A DNA stretch of 64,000 bases, taken from IMG/VR virus record IMGVR_UViG_3300010356_002264; one strand, written 5' to 3'. Below, one piece after another: positions 9,377 to 19,830 of this stretch (within the stretch, counting starts at the first letter, position 1; each line of letters begins with the position of its first letter). Under the pieces are notes generated by a model. That model saw only the letters and a program-made list of their open reading frames with translations, did no database searches and was not told the origin of the DNA. This stretch comes from a virus. Its lineage: Duplodnaviria; Caudoviricetes. The position numbers and the translations under genes are program-made.

Positions 9377-10261
9377 ATGGCCCATGAATCTCCGCTCCGC
9401 GTCCTCCGGTCGACCGAGGACGCCTCCGTCAACTTCGTCGAGGAGGCGCTCGTCGGCTTCCTCGAGTCCCGCTTCGTGCGTAAGTGCGAGGACTACTTCG
9501 TCTGCTACCTATCATCCCAGACGGGATGCAACCGGGGATGCACCTTCTGCCACCTCACCGTCACAGGGCAGACCTCGTTTGCCGACTCGACCCACAACGA
9601 CTTCGTGGGGCAGGCCGTCCAGGTGTTCCGCCACTACCGGAAGCAGAGGCGGCCCGCCCGCTACGTCCACTACAGCTTCATGGCGCGGGGGGAACCCCTG
9701 GCGAACCGCGTGCTGCTCGACTCGGCCGACTCCCTGCTCGTCAAGCTCGGCGAGATGGCGCGCGACGACGGCCTCGGGGTGAAGTTCAACGTCTCCACCA
9801 TCATGCCGGCGACGCTGCACCGCGCGCTCCCCGAGGTGTTCCGACTCGTCCACCCGACGATCTACTACTCGCTCTACAGCGCCGACGAGGCGTGGCGGAG
9901 TCGGTGGTTACCGGGCGCGATGCGCCTCGCCGAGGCGCTGCGCCTGCTGCGTGAGTACCAGGAGTTCTCGAAGAAGTTCGTGAAGGTTCACTTCCCGCTC
10001 ATCGCCGGGGAGAACGACTCGGTCGAGCAGATCGAGGCGGTGTGTGAGGCGATCGATCGAGCGCACCTTCTCTGCGACTTCAACCTCGTACGCTACAACC
10101 CCGCCTCCCCAGACCAGGGGAGGGAGAGCGACGAGGAGACGATCGAGCATCGTCTCGGGATCATCCAGCGACGCTTCAAGGGAAAGGTGCAGGTCATCCA
10201 GCGGGTGGGTTATGACGTTGCGGCATCCTGCGGGATGTTCGCCGCCCCGAACTCGACCTGA
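9377..10261 (+). CDS. RlmN/Cfr-like radical SAM RNA methyltransferase (divergent)
   Basis: SSQTGCNRGCTFC (CxxxCxxC), MARGEPL, GENDS, NLVRYNP, DVAASCG. Confidence 0.85.
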   Translation: MAHESPLRVLRSTEDASVNFVEEALVGFLESRFVRKCEDYFVCYLSSQTGCNRGCTFCHLTVTGQTSFADSTHNDFVGQAVQVFRHYRKQRRPARYVHYSFMARGEPLANRVLLDSADSLLVKLGEMARDDGLGVKFNVSTIMPATLHRALPEVFRLVHPTIYYSLYSADEAWRSRWLPGAMRLAEALRLLREYQEFSKKFVKVHFPLIAGENDSVEQIEAVCEAIDRAHLLCDFNLVRYNPASPDQGRESDEETIEHRLGIIQRRFKGKVQVIQRVGYDVAASCGMFAAPNST

Positions 10262-10297
10262 CAGCTCCGCGGGTGACACGCAGCCCCAGCAGCCTCC

Positions 10298-11404
10298 ATG
10301 GGCTCATTCAACACCGCCTGCGCGCTTTCCCACGTCTCCATGGGAGGCGGGCCCGCCGTCTTCATCCCGCTCGTTCGTGGCCTCTTCAACAAGGGCGAAC
10401 CGATCGACGTCAGCGGGAATACGTCCATCGTGTCAAACGAGGGTCCGTACACGTTCTTCGTCGCGCTCTGCCCCCCGCTGTTCGGGCAGATGACCGACTA
10501 CGGCCGACTAGAGAACGTGGAGGACACCCCCACGGCCCGGGCGGTCGCCCGAGCGTTCGGCAAGTCCCCACAGGAGTTCCTGGACGCCTGCGGGGACTCC
10601 CAGACGGCTCCGGGCTTCGTGTTCCGATCGAGCGGGGGTTACGTGCAGGTCAATGAGCGCGTAGGGGGCTGCTTCGTGCACCGGCGCGTCTGGGACGAGA
10701 TGTCGACGCGGTTCCTCGATGAGTGGGGTCGTGACGGCCGCTCCCTGTGGCTGAGTGACGCGGCCCTGTACCCGCGCGTCCTCACGATGATGGGATTCGA
10801 GCAGCAGGGCCAGGACCTCAGGCGGGACCGCTACAAAATCCGGTGGGTCCACCCGCTCTTCCCGCGCCTCACCCTGTGGTCGGACGGCCGCTGGTGCTGC
10901 CTGGAGTGGCCCGGGATGCGTACGCGCAATGGGACCAGCTGCTACAGTCCGCGCGACGTCGCCCGCATGACCGTCACACACGGGGGCGGTCCCTCCCGGT
11001 TCCCCTGGCAGGTCGTCAAGCTCCTGCGCGCGACCCCCACGTATGCGGTCGAGCATGACGAGCACCTGGAGCAGGTGGCGAGCCTTCGGGAGATCTTCGC
11101 GCGCTCGGAGTCGTACATGAAGGGAGACAAGGGCTACCTCGCGTCACCAGGTGGAGGAAACCTGTTCGCCTACGGGCTTGATCCTGGATTCCTCGACCGC
11201 TTCTGGCCCGAGGTCTCAACGGGGGGCCTGCGGGACGAGCTCGTCGCGTGGTGGACGTTCGTCAGCAACATGGCGGCCTGCAACCAGGTCCTCATGCCCA
11301 GCTACAACGGTTACCAGTGTGGCAGTCCCTACGCGCACCGGGAACTCACGCGCCTCACGACTGAGATCCTCGACGAGACGATCCGTGATCGCGAGTCACG
11401 CTAG
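10298..11404 (+). CDS. hypothetical protein (paralog of 22646..23908)
   Basis: N-terminal MGSFNTACALS and DYGRLENVE; CAGCTC at -36. Confidence 0.7.
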   Translation: MGSFNTACALSHVSMGGGPAVFIPLVRGLFNKGEPIDVSGNTSIVSNEGPYTFFVALCPPLFGQMTDYGRLENVEDTPTARAVARAFGKSPQEFLDACGDSQTAPGFVFRSSGGYVQVNERVGGCFVHRRVWDEMSTRFLDEWGRDGRSLWLSDAALYPRVLTMMGFEQQGQDLRRDRYKIRWVHPLFPRLTLWSDGRWCCLEWPGMRTRNGTSCYSPRDVARMTVTHGGGPSRFPWQVVKLLRATPTYAVEHDEHLEQVASLREIFARSESYMKGDKGYLASPGGGNLFAYGLDPGFLDRFWPEVSTGGLRDELVAWWTFVSNMAACNQVLMPSYNGYQCGSPYAHRELTRLTTEILDETIRDRESR

Positions 11405-11895
11405 AGGTACACGAGGGAGGTCTCGACGGCAGGGTTGAGCGAGATGGGCTTACCCTGTGATCCTCTAGGGATCACGAACGGCACCACGCGTCGCACGTTC
11501 TGTAGGTCGAGGGCGTAGCGCCCAACGCGCCAGTCGCCAAAATCGATCTCACGCTCGGGATGCAGGACGGGTCCTATGGGTCCCGCCAGCATCGTGTTCT
11601 CCAAGGTGAGGGGTGTACCGTCGGGAGATTGGTGGCCCTTCGCGTACATGGAGACGCAGCCTTCAAGCTGGGCCACCGCTAGGATCTTGCCGTGTTCGTC
11701 AAGCGTTTGAAGGGCGCGAAACACCTCCGGATACTTCGCGGACAGGTAGGCGAGCGCGCCTCGGTCAGGATGGCCCTTGGTCGCGTGGATGGCGAGCGGC
11801 CCCCGATAGTCGGTGTACCAGCCGCGGGTCTCGAAGCGCTTGTACCCTTCGGCTACCAGGGTCGCCCAGGGCTGGATGAGAGAGATGAGTTTCAT
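11401..11895 (-). CDS. ASCH domain protein
   Basis: ISLIQPWATLVAEGYKRFETRGWYTDYRGPLAIHA. Confidence 0.9.
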   Translation of the reverse strand: MKLISLIQPWATLVAEGYKRFETRGWYTDYRGPLAIHATKGHPDRGALAYLSAKYPEVFRALQTLDEHGKILAVAQLEGCVSMYAKGHQSPDGTPLTLENTMLAGPIGPVLHPEREIDFGDWRVGRYALDLQNVRRVVPFVIPRGSQGKPISLNPAVETSLVYL

Positions 11896-11904
11896 ACGGA
11901 GTAG

Positions 11905-13156
<1,252 letters not shown>

Positions 13157-13193
13157 GCGTACGAGTCGATGTATTTCGTACGACTGGAGCTGA

Positions 13194-14156
13194 CTACTTG
13201 GCGGTGAACCACGCGGGGGCGGGCATGAAGACCTTCTTGCCCGTGTCCTCCTGGATGCGATCGATGAAGACGGACCGGATGCGTGCGTACGCGGGGCTTC
13301 GGTCGCGCTCGGTGAGCCGCCGGCCGGTGAGCCAGTCGAGGTAGTTGCTGTTCGCGCTGAGGGCCATGAGGCATCGGGAGAAGGTCTCGGGGGCCATCTT
13401 GCCGACCTTGTGGCTGTACTGCGTGAGAACGAGCTTGCGGTACAGCCACATGCAGAGCGAGAGGTTGAGGGTGTTCCACAACTTCGCGTAGCTCTCGTCG
13501 CGCCCCCAGGCTCCGAGGGCGATGAGCATGAAGTCGGCCATCGGCCGAGCGTCGTCCATCCCGAACAGGTCCACCAGGTCCGTAGCGGACACCCCACACG
13601 CGCTAGACGACGGCATCTCACCCGCCGCGCCGCGCCACGCCCGGATCGCCATCGACATCGAGAGGATTGGGGCCTTGTCGCTGTACCGGATGTGGTCGTA
13701 CCCGATGAACGGGCAGCGTTGCCTTATGTGCTTGAGCGCCTCCGAGGTCTGCTCCAGGCCCCGCAGGATGTCGTCGGGCTTCATGCGGACCAGGGAGGAG
13801 TTGAGGCGCACATACTCCTGCCCCATCTCCGCCAGCGTCTCGAAGTGGCAGATCCGAACGTCCGAGTAACCAACAGGGCACTCGGACAGCAGGAACGCCT
13901 GCCTGCGGTGCTGCCCGTCGAGGAGGTAGGTCTTCTTGTCGAGGACACCCAGGGTCAGAACCCCCGAGATGACTCCGTCGTGCGCCTTGATCTGAACCGC
14001 GAGCTCCTCGACGCGCGAGTTGACGCGTAGCTCACGCTGGAAGGGAGGCAGGATCCACGCGTTGACGACGTCGGGAGTTAGCTCCAAGGTGTCAAGAGTA
14101 GTCCTAGTGTGCTTCTCCGCCTTCGTGGTGGGCTTGGAAAATGGGGTCGCGGGCAT
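13194..14156 (-). CDS. DGQHR / ParB-Srx superfamily protein
   Basis: PPFQR and LLDGQHRR motifs; GGAGA SD. Confidence 0.75.
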   Translation of the reverse strand: MPATPFSKPTTKAEKHTRTTLDTLELTPDVVNAWILPPFQRELRVNSRVEELAVQIKAHDGVISGVLTLGVLDKKTYLLDGQHRRQAFLLSECPVGYSDVRICHFETLAEMGQEYVRLNSSLVRMKPDDILRGLEQTSEALKHIRQRCPFIGYDHIRYSDKAPILSMSMAIRAWRGAAGEMPSSSACGVSATDLVDLFGMDDARPMADFMLIALGAWGRDESYAKLWNTLNLSLCMWLYRKLVLTQYSHKVGKMAPETFSRCLMALSANSNYLDWLTGRRLTERDRSPAYARIRSVFIDRIQEDTGKKVFMPAPAWFTAK

Positions 14157-14200
14157 TCGGTCTCCAGAGGGTGCAGGGTACGCACAGGACACGGGGAAGG

Positions 14201-14551
14201 TTAGGAGCTGTCTTGCTGTGGGGTTGCTGCGCCGGCCTCCTGCATGAAAAGCAGGAGGGTGCGCCACTGCTCATCGGGGACTCCGAGCAGTCGAAATCGG
14301 AGCACCTCGCGGTCTCCCGTAACGAGCAAGACGTGGTCCGGGCTGGTAGGCACGTCCTCGTCGTCTTGCAGGCGGTCGAAGGTGTCCATGAGGAAGGTAA
14401 GCGGGGGCTGACGACGAAGCAGCCTGCCTCCGCGGTCCAGGTCGGCGATCTCGACGGTGCGGTCGGTCTCAGCCTCCTCGAACAGCAGCTTGCGCCCCGC
14501 CATCTTCAGGAAGCCCTCACCTAGGTGAGGATTCTCTACGTGGACGAACAT
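14201..14551 (-). CDS. hypothetical protein
   Basis: CAGCTC at -36. Confidence 0.65.
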   Translation of the reverse strand: MFVHVENPHLGEGFLKMAGRKLLFEEAETDRTVEIADLDRGGRLLRRQPPLTFLMDTFDRLQDDEDVPTSPDHVLLVTGDREVLRFRLLGVPDEQWRTLLLFMQEAGAATPQQDSS

Positions 14552-14630
14552 GTGCGGACCTACGGGGCGTGTTGGGTCTCAGAGCTGACTCCCCGCCAGG
14601 AATCACGTTACCCCGCGGTATGGTACGCCG

Positions 14631-17600
14631 ATGAGCGCAACATCGAACCGACCGTACGCGGGGACCTGGAAGGAAGGGGGATACCCCACCGTTGACGTGG
14701 CCCCGGACACCGTGGTGCGGATCAACGGTGGGTGGTCGCTCCTGTCGTGCGCCCGTTGCGGGTCTCGGATCGACGTGAACCGCTACGTGATCGAGACGAC
14801 CGTGGAGGCTGGGACCGAGCCTGGCGGGACCAGCGCGACCTTCACGCTGTCGCTCCCCGCGACGCTCGCCTGGTACCAGGCATCACGGGTCATACCCGTG
14901 GGGGCTGAGGTGGAGGTCTTCATGCGGGGCTACTTCCCCGCCACCGGGCTCTTCCCAGACCTCGATCCTCCAGAGCGCACGGTGGCCGCCGCGCAAGCCT
15001 CCGCGCTCACGCCCGCGCCGGACGCGCCCTCCACCGTGGAGGTCGAGGACAAGACGAAGAAGAGCAAGCTAGGCAGCCGGCCGCGCAACCAGGCGATCAC
15101 CCAGGTGGTGGTTCACGAGTCCGACACGAGGAGCTCGGCGGAGACCGAAGCGGCCCTGGGGCACCGGCACCTGTCCGCCCACTACACGGTCGACGCGGAC
15201 GGGTCGGTCGCGCGACTCGTGCCGGAGAGTCGCGTGGCGTCCCACGCGGGCGCGCACAATGCCCGCTCGGTGGGGATCGAGGTGTCCAATCCCGACTACG
15301 GCCGGGACGCGCGTCCCGGCCAGCAGGTCATCCGCGCGCCCTGGATGGACAAGGGGAGCTATGCGGTGCCCCCTCGTGAGCAGACGGAGTCGACGTGGAG
15401 GCTCACGCAGGACATCGCGCGACGCAACAACGTGCCCGTCTCATTCCCAGCGGAGCGGGGTGACTCGTTCCGCATGACGAGCATCTCGTCGGACCAGGCG
15501 AACCAGCCAGGCATCATCTCGCACGCCCAACTGTCGGGCAACAAGGCGGACGGGTCGTTCGAGGTGCTCTACGGGGCGATTCGCTCGCGCGGCTACGACC
15601 CTGACGAGGCATACGACCGAGCGGTCCAGGCCGCCCAGCAGGGCAGTACGGTGACCCTCCCGCCCAAGCGACCGCCCGACAACCCCCCATCACCCGCGCG
15701 AGTCGAACCACCTCGCGATGACGTGACCCTGTCCCGGGAGGGGGGTCGGGCCGGTACGGAGGACCTCGCGGCCTACCCGTACTATCCGGTCTTTCGAGGC
15801 GTCGTGACCAACATCGGAGAGGGGCGGAGTGAGGGCGCGGTGACCCTCTCGGTCCAGTGCGCAAGCCTGCTGCATTTTTGGCAGTACCAGGTGGTGAGCT
15901 CCAACGCGTCCGTGTTCGGGGTGCGCCCGAGCGGGTCGGGACTCAAGACCTCTGACCTCGGGCACAACCTGGTGGGGAGGCACCCGTACCAGATCCTCTA
16001 CGAGCTGCACTACGACGAGGTGGGCGCGGCGGCCGGCGTCGAGTGGGCGCTCACCCAGAAGACCAACCGCGACGCACGGACGGACGGGGGACAGACGTAC
16101 AAGTTCCTGCGCGACTACTGGACGGCGCGCTTCTCCTCCAAGGAGGTCAAGCTCCGCATGCACGCGGCGACTGGGCAGCTCCTCACTGCACTCCAGTCGG
16201 CGTTCCTCGCCCGCACCCCCACCGACGACCTGCTGCGCGCGCAGCGCGAGAAGAACCCCTCTCCACTGCTTCGGGGCAACAAGGGGACGGGGATCCTCGA
16301 CCAGGCATACACCCTGAACCTGCTGCGCCCCGACAGCGACACGCTGCGGACCTCCTCCAAGGGCGCTCCCCTGGAGTTCAACCTCGCCGAGATGCAGGCG
16401 TTCGTCTCCAACCTCGGCGAGTGGGGGCAGTTCCAGTACTTCGAGTCGGCCTACGAGACCAAGATGGACGTCGCGCAGAAGGTCTGCGAGGTGACGGGCT
16501 TTGAGTTCTTCCAGGACGTCGACGGTGACTTCGTCTTCAAGCCGAAGATGTACAACATGGACACGAGCCCGCTGCGGGCCTACCGCATCGAGCCCCACGA
16601 GATCCTGTCGTGGAACGCCGACGAGAAGGAGCCCCCGGTCACGTACGCGCGAGTTCGAGGCTCTCGGTTCGAGAACCTCTCCGGGACGGGGACCGAGGGC
16701 GTCTGGGGGATCGAGGGGCAGTACGTCGACTACCGCCTCGTCGCTCAGTTCGGGTGGAGGCCCCTGGAGATCGAGTCGGCCTCCGTCACCAACCCGACGA
16801 CCGCCTTCTACCTGGCGGCGTCCAAGGTCGATGAGTCGAACGCCCTCACCTCGACGGCCACCGTCACGATCCCGCTGCGCCCAGAGCTGCGGCCAGGCTA
16901 CCCGGTCTACGTGCGGTCGCGCGACTGCTTCTACTACGTGACGGGCATCACGCACAGCTACTCGCAGGGGGGCAACGCCCAGACGACCCTCCAGATGGTC
17001 GCGCGTCGCGAGCCCTTTCGGCCTCCGGGCGTAGTTGGAGGAGAGGCGCGCGGGATCCAGGCGGTGACCCTGGGGAACCCGTCGAATCCCCCCCGGTCGG
17101 TGGTCGCACGCACCGATGACGGGGCGCTCCGTGAGGTCGGGTTCCCGAACGTCATCCTCGCGCTCGACCCCACGCGTCTCGACCCCGTGTACCTGCGAGC
17201 CGGCGTGGGCTTCGACAACATCGACAACCCGGCGGTCCTGCGCGCGCTGCTGGAGACGGCGGCGGACCAGCGCATCATCCGCCGGTTGGGTAACGGGACC
17301 TACGAGGCGGACATCCCAGATGATCGGGGAGGGTCTAGGCCCGTCCGTCTGGCGGCGGGCAGTGGGGCCGGGCCCGGTGGAGTGGACGTGCTCAAGTCCG
17401 CGTCGGTGATCGCGCGGTCCAGGAAGGCGACGCAGAAGGAGCGCGCCAAGCTGGAGGCCAAGCTGCGGGAGGCCGAGTCAGCAGGTTCGGACCCCACCGG
17501 CGGGAAGGCGGCGCAGAAGAAGCGCGACGAGGCTGCCAAGCTCCGCGAGCAGCTCCGGGGGCTAGACTCGTCCGCGAGCCTTTCCTCCCAAGAGGCGGCC

Positions 17601-19301
17601 GAGGCGGGCATCCTTGTGCGGGTGCTAGAACGGCTGGGAGGTCCAGGCTCTGCCCCCACGGGTCCTGAGGACGAGAAGGCCCGGCGCACTGCGGACCTGC
17701 TGCGCATCCTCGGGGACCGCAAGGCGGCCTTCCTGTCGGACGAGGTGCCGGGGCGGTACCGCTACTACTCCGCCTCACACCCCGACCCGAGCGAGCAGGC
17801 TCCTCCGTCGATCGTGCTGCTCCGGCAATCGGGGGGGACGACCGACGTCGAGACGGTGCCCGAGCCTGTGGACCCAGCCTACGTGGGTGAGACGACGCGG
17901 GGCTTGCTGCCCGCGGAAACCGCTGAGCGGCTCGACCTCGTCAAGGTGGCGAAGGTGCGCCCGCAGCGCGGTGTGCGGGTGCTCACGAGCAAGACGACAG
18001 CCCCGCGAGGAGAGGTGATCCCGTCGCACCACGTGCAGGAGGTGCGTCTCGCTCCGGTCTCCATCCGTTACGACCTGCCCGTGCGGGAGAGCGAGGGGTG
18101 GACGAACCGAACGGGCATCCTGCGAGAGGTGCGTTCCGATGCGCTGAGCCGGTTCCTTGGGGCCGCGCGGGACGCGGGCATATCCGCCTCATCTGTCCTG
18201 AAGGACGTGATGGCGACTCCCTGGGCGGAGGCGGCTGTGGCGGTCCCCATCGCGGAGGCGGCTGCGCGGGCGGCTGTAGCTCTCGACCTGCCCCGTACGG
18301 GGGTTCCGACGCTCCCCGCGGAGGTCATCGCGAGGGGACAGACCGCGCGGACAGACGCTCCGCTTGGACCCCTGGGAACCCCTGATTGGGTGGAGGCGGC
18401 GTGCGCGAGCCTGGCCGACTCGATGCGGTTTCAGGTGGAGGCGAACGCCTCGGCATGGGAGCGCGCGGTCACAGGGGCCAACGGCCCGGATGTGAGTCGA
18501 AAGGCGATCGACACCTTCTGGGGAAGCCTTGCGGGCCGCCTCCGCGTCTCCGTGACCTCCCAGGACCGGCGCGAGGTCAAGGAAACCAAGAGGAAGGAGG
18601 TCCAGGTACAGGCACCGGTGTTCCCTGTATCCGACGAGGGGGGCTACCAGGTTATCGGGGCCTACCGATACGGACGAGGCGTCCAGCCTGGTGCGGGTGG
18701 GGCGTGGTCTGACCTGCGGAAGCAGGACCCCCTGTCGCTGCTCAGCCGGACGACGGTGGACCAGGTACTCGACGAGGTCGTTACCAACCGCAAGCCCAGC
18801 GCCGAGCTATCTGAGAAGGTCGCGCGGACGCTCCGCGAGAACCTCCAGGACGACGACCTCCTAGAGCTCGGCCTCCTGCGGAAGAAGAAGGACACCGACC
18901 AGCTGGAGGTCGACCTCCTCAACTGGGTCGCCAATGGTCGGGAGGGCGTCCACAAGTTGCCTGCGGGCAACACCCCGACGGAGCTCGGGGACATGGCGCT
19001 CGACCCCGGACGTCCTCTCGACACGGGCTGCGTGTGCAAGGTGTCCCCGCCAGGCGAAGTGGTGGACGAGGACCTGCTCGGTGACCCAGGCAGCGTGACG
19101 GAGGCGCTCGTGCAGCGCGCCGACCAAGTCGCACCCCAGTGGCGGCAGCGGCAGGACGCCGTGCGTGGGGCCGGGCCAGGCGTGCGTCCCGCAGGGTCGT
19201 CGAGCACAGTCGCGCAGGTTGACCAGGCGGCTCGGCAGCTTGAGGCTGCGTTCTCGGGCTTCGGCGACCCTGACAGCTCGCGCAGGGGACCCGTGGGGTA
19301 G
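14631..19301 (+). CDS. baseplate hub-like tail protein with an inserted N-acetylmuramoyl-L-alanine amidase (Amidase_2) domain
   Basis: VVVHES...SAHYTVDADG...HAGAHNARSVGIE amidase; hub motifs FEFFQDVDGDFVFKP, IPLRPELRPGYPVY, YYVTGITHSY. Confidence 0.75.
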   Translation: MSATSNRPYAGTWKEGGYPTVDVAPDTVVRINGGWSLLSCARCGSRIDVNRYVIETTVEAGTEPGGTSATFTLSLPATLAWYQASRVIPVGAEVEVFMRGYFPATGLFPDLDPPERTVAAAQASALTPAPDAPSTVEVEDKTKKSKLGSRPRNQAITQVVVHESDTRSSAETEAALGHRHLSAHYTVDADGSVARLVPESRVASHAGAHNARSVGIEVSNPDYGRDARPGQQVIRAPWMDKGSYAVPPREQTESTWRLTQDIARRNNVPVSFPAERGDSFRMTSISSDQANQPGIISHAQLSGNKADGSFEVLYGAIRSRGYDPDEAYDRAVQAAQQGSTVTLPPKRPPDNPPSPARVEPPRDDVTLSREGGRAGTEDLAAYPYYPVFRGVVTNIGEGRSEGAVTLSVQCASLLHFWQYQVVSSNASVFGVRPSGSGLKTSDLGHNLVGRHPYQILYELHYDEVGAAAGVEWALTQKTNRDARTDGGQTYKFLRDYWTARFSSKEVKLRMHAATGQLLTALQSAFLARTPTDDLLRAQREKNPSPLLRGNKGTGILDQAYTLNLLRPDSDTLRTSSKGAPLEFNLAEMQAFVSNLGEWGQFQYFESAYETKMDVAQKVCEVTGFEFFQDVDGDFVFKPKMYNMDTSPLRAYRIEPHEILSWNADEKEPPVTYARVRGSRFENLSGTGTEGVWGIEGQYVDYRLVAQFGWRPLEIESASVTNPTTAFYLAASKVDESNALTSTATVTIPLRPELRPGYPVYVRSRDCFYYVTGITHSYSQGGNAQTTLQMVARREPFRPPGVVGGEARGIQAVTLGNPSNPPRSVVARTDDGALREVGFPNVILALDPTRLDPVYLRAGVGFDNIDNPAVLRALLETAADQRIIRRLGNGTYEADIPDDRGGSRPVRLAAGSGAGPGGVDVLKSASVIARSRKATQKERAKLEAKLREAESAGSDPTGGKAAQKKRDEAAKLREQLRGLDSSASLSSQEAAEAGILVRVLERLGGPGSAPTGPEDEKARRTADLLRILGDRKAAFLSDEVPGRYRYYSASHPDPSEQAPPSIVLLRQSGGTTDVETVPEPVDPAYVGETTRGLLPAETAERLDLVKVAKVRPQRGVRVLTSKTTAPRGEVIPSHHVQEVRLAPVSIRYDLPVRESEGWTNRTGILREVRSDALSRFLGAARDAGISASSVLKDVMATPWAEAAVAVPIAEAAARAAVALDLPRTGVPTLPAEVIARGQTARTDAPLGPLGTPDWVEAACASLADSMRFQVEANASAWERAVTGANGPDVSRKAIDTFWGSLAGRLRVSVTSQDRREVKETKRKEVQVQAPVFPVSDEGGYQVIGAYRYGRGVQPGAGGAWSDLRKQDPLSLLSRTTVDQVLDEVVTNRKPSAELSEKVARTLRENLQDDDLLELGLLRKKKDTDQLEVDLLNWVANGREGVHKLPAGNTPTELGDMALDPGRPLDTGCVCKVSPPGEVVDEDLLGDPGSVTEALVQRADQVAPQWRQRQDAVRGAGPGVRPAGSSSTVAQVDQAARQLEAAFSGFGDPDSSRRGPVG

Positions 19302-19309
19302 ACGGGGTC

Positions 19310-19729
19310 ATGAAGGGCTACGCGGCTTGCTACGTGTTTCGCGCAGAGGATATGCGCACGTACGACCTCGCCCAGCGCGTCGTCGAGGTCCTTCCCGAAG
19401 ACGGGAGGATCCGCTGCCACGAGCTCGCCCGCATCGTGCAGGAGGTCCTCGGCTCCGGAGAGGTAGAGGACGGCCTCTACGGGAGCGAGCGCACTCACGC
19501 GCTCCACGAGCACTCGTGGATCGTGCTGCGCCGGCTGGGACGGAACCGCCACATCCTCGACCCCTACGCGATTGGTCAGTACCCTCCTGTCCAGCTCGTC
19601 GAGGTAGGGCTCCCGCTCGACGACCCCTACCTCGCGGGAAAGCCACGTGACGACATCCGAACGGACCTTGTACGCGAGGGTGCGCGTCTCGTACGCGAGC
19701 GCCTGCCCCGCTACCACCTGGTGGGGTAG
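19310..19729 (+). CDS. hypothetical protein (C...H-x-W...D, possibly papain-like)
   Basis: RCHE, EHSWIV and ILDPY motifs; CAGCTC at -36. Confidence 0.65.
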   Translation: MKGYAACYVFRAEDMRTYDLAQRVVEVLPEDGRIRCHELARIVQEVLGSGEVEDGLYGSERTHALHEHSWIVLRRLGRNRHILDPYAIGQYPPVQLVEVGLPLDDPYLAGKPRDDIRTDLVREGARLVRERLPRYHLVG

Positions 19730-19830
19730 GCCAGCTCCTAAACAGGCTGACGCTGCGACCCGTTCACATGCAGATATGAGGTTCATCTCCTCTTGAATAA
19801 TGGAACCCTCATACCCGGTATGCTTACCGC

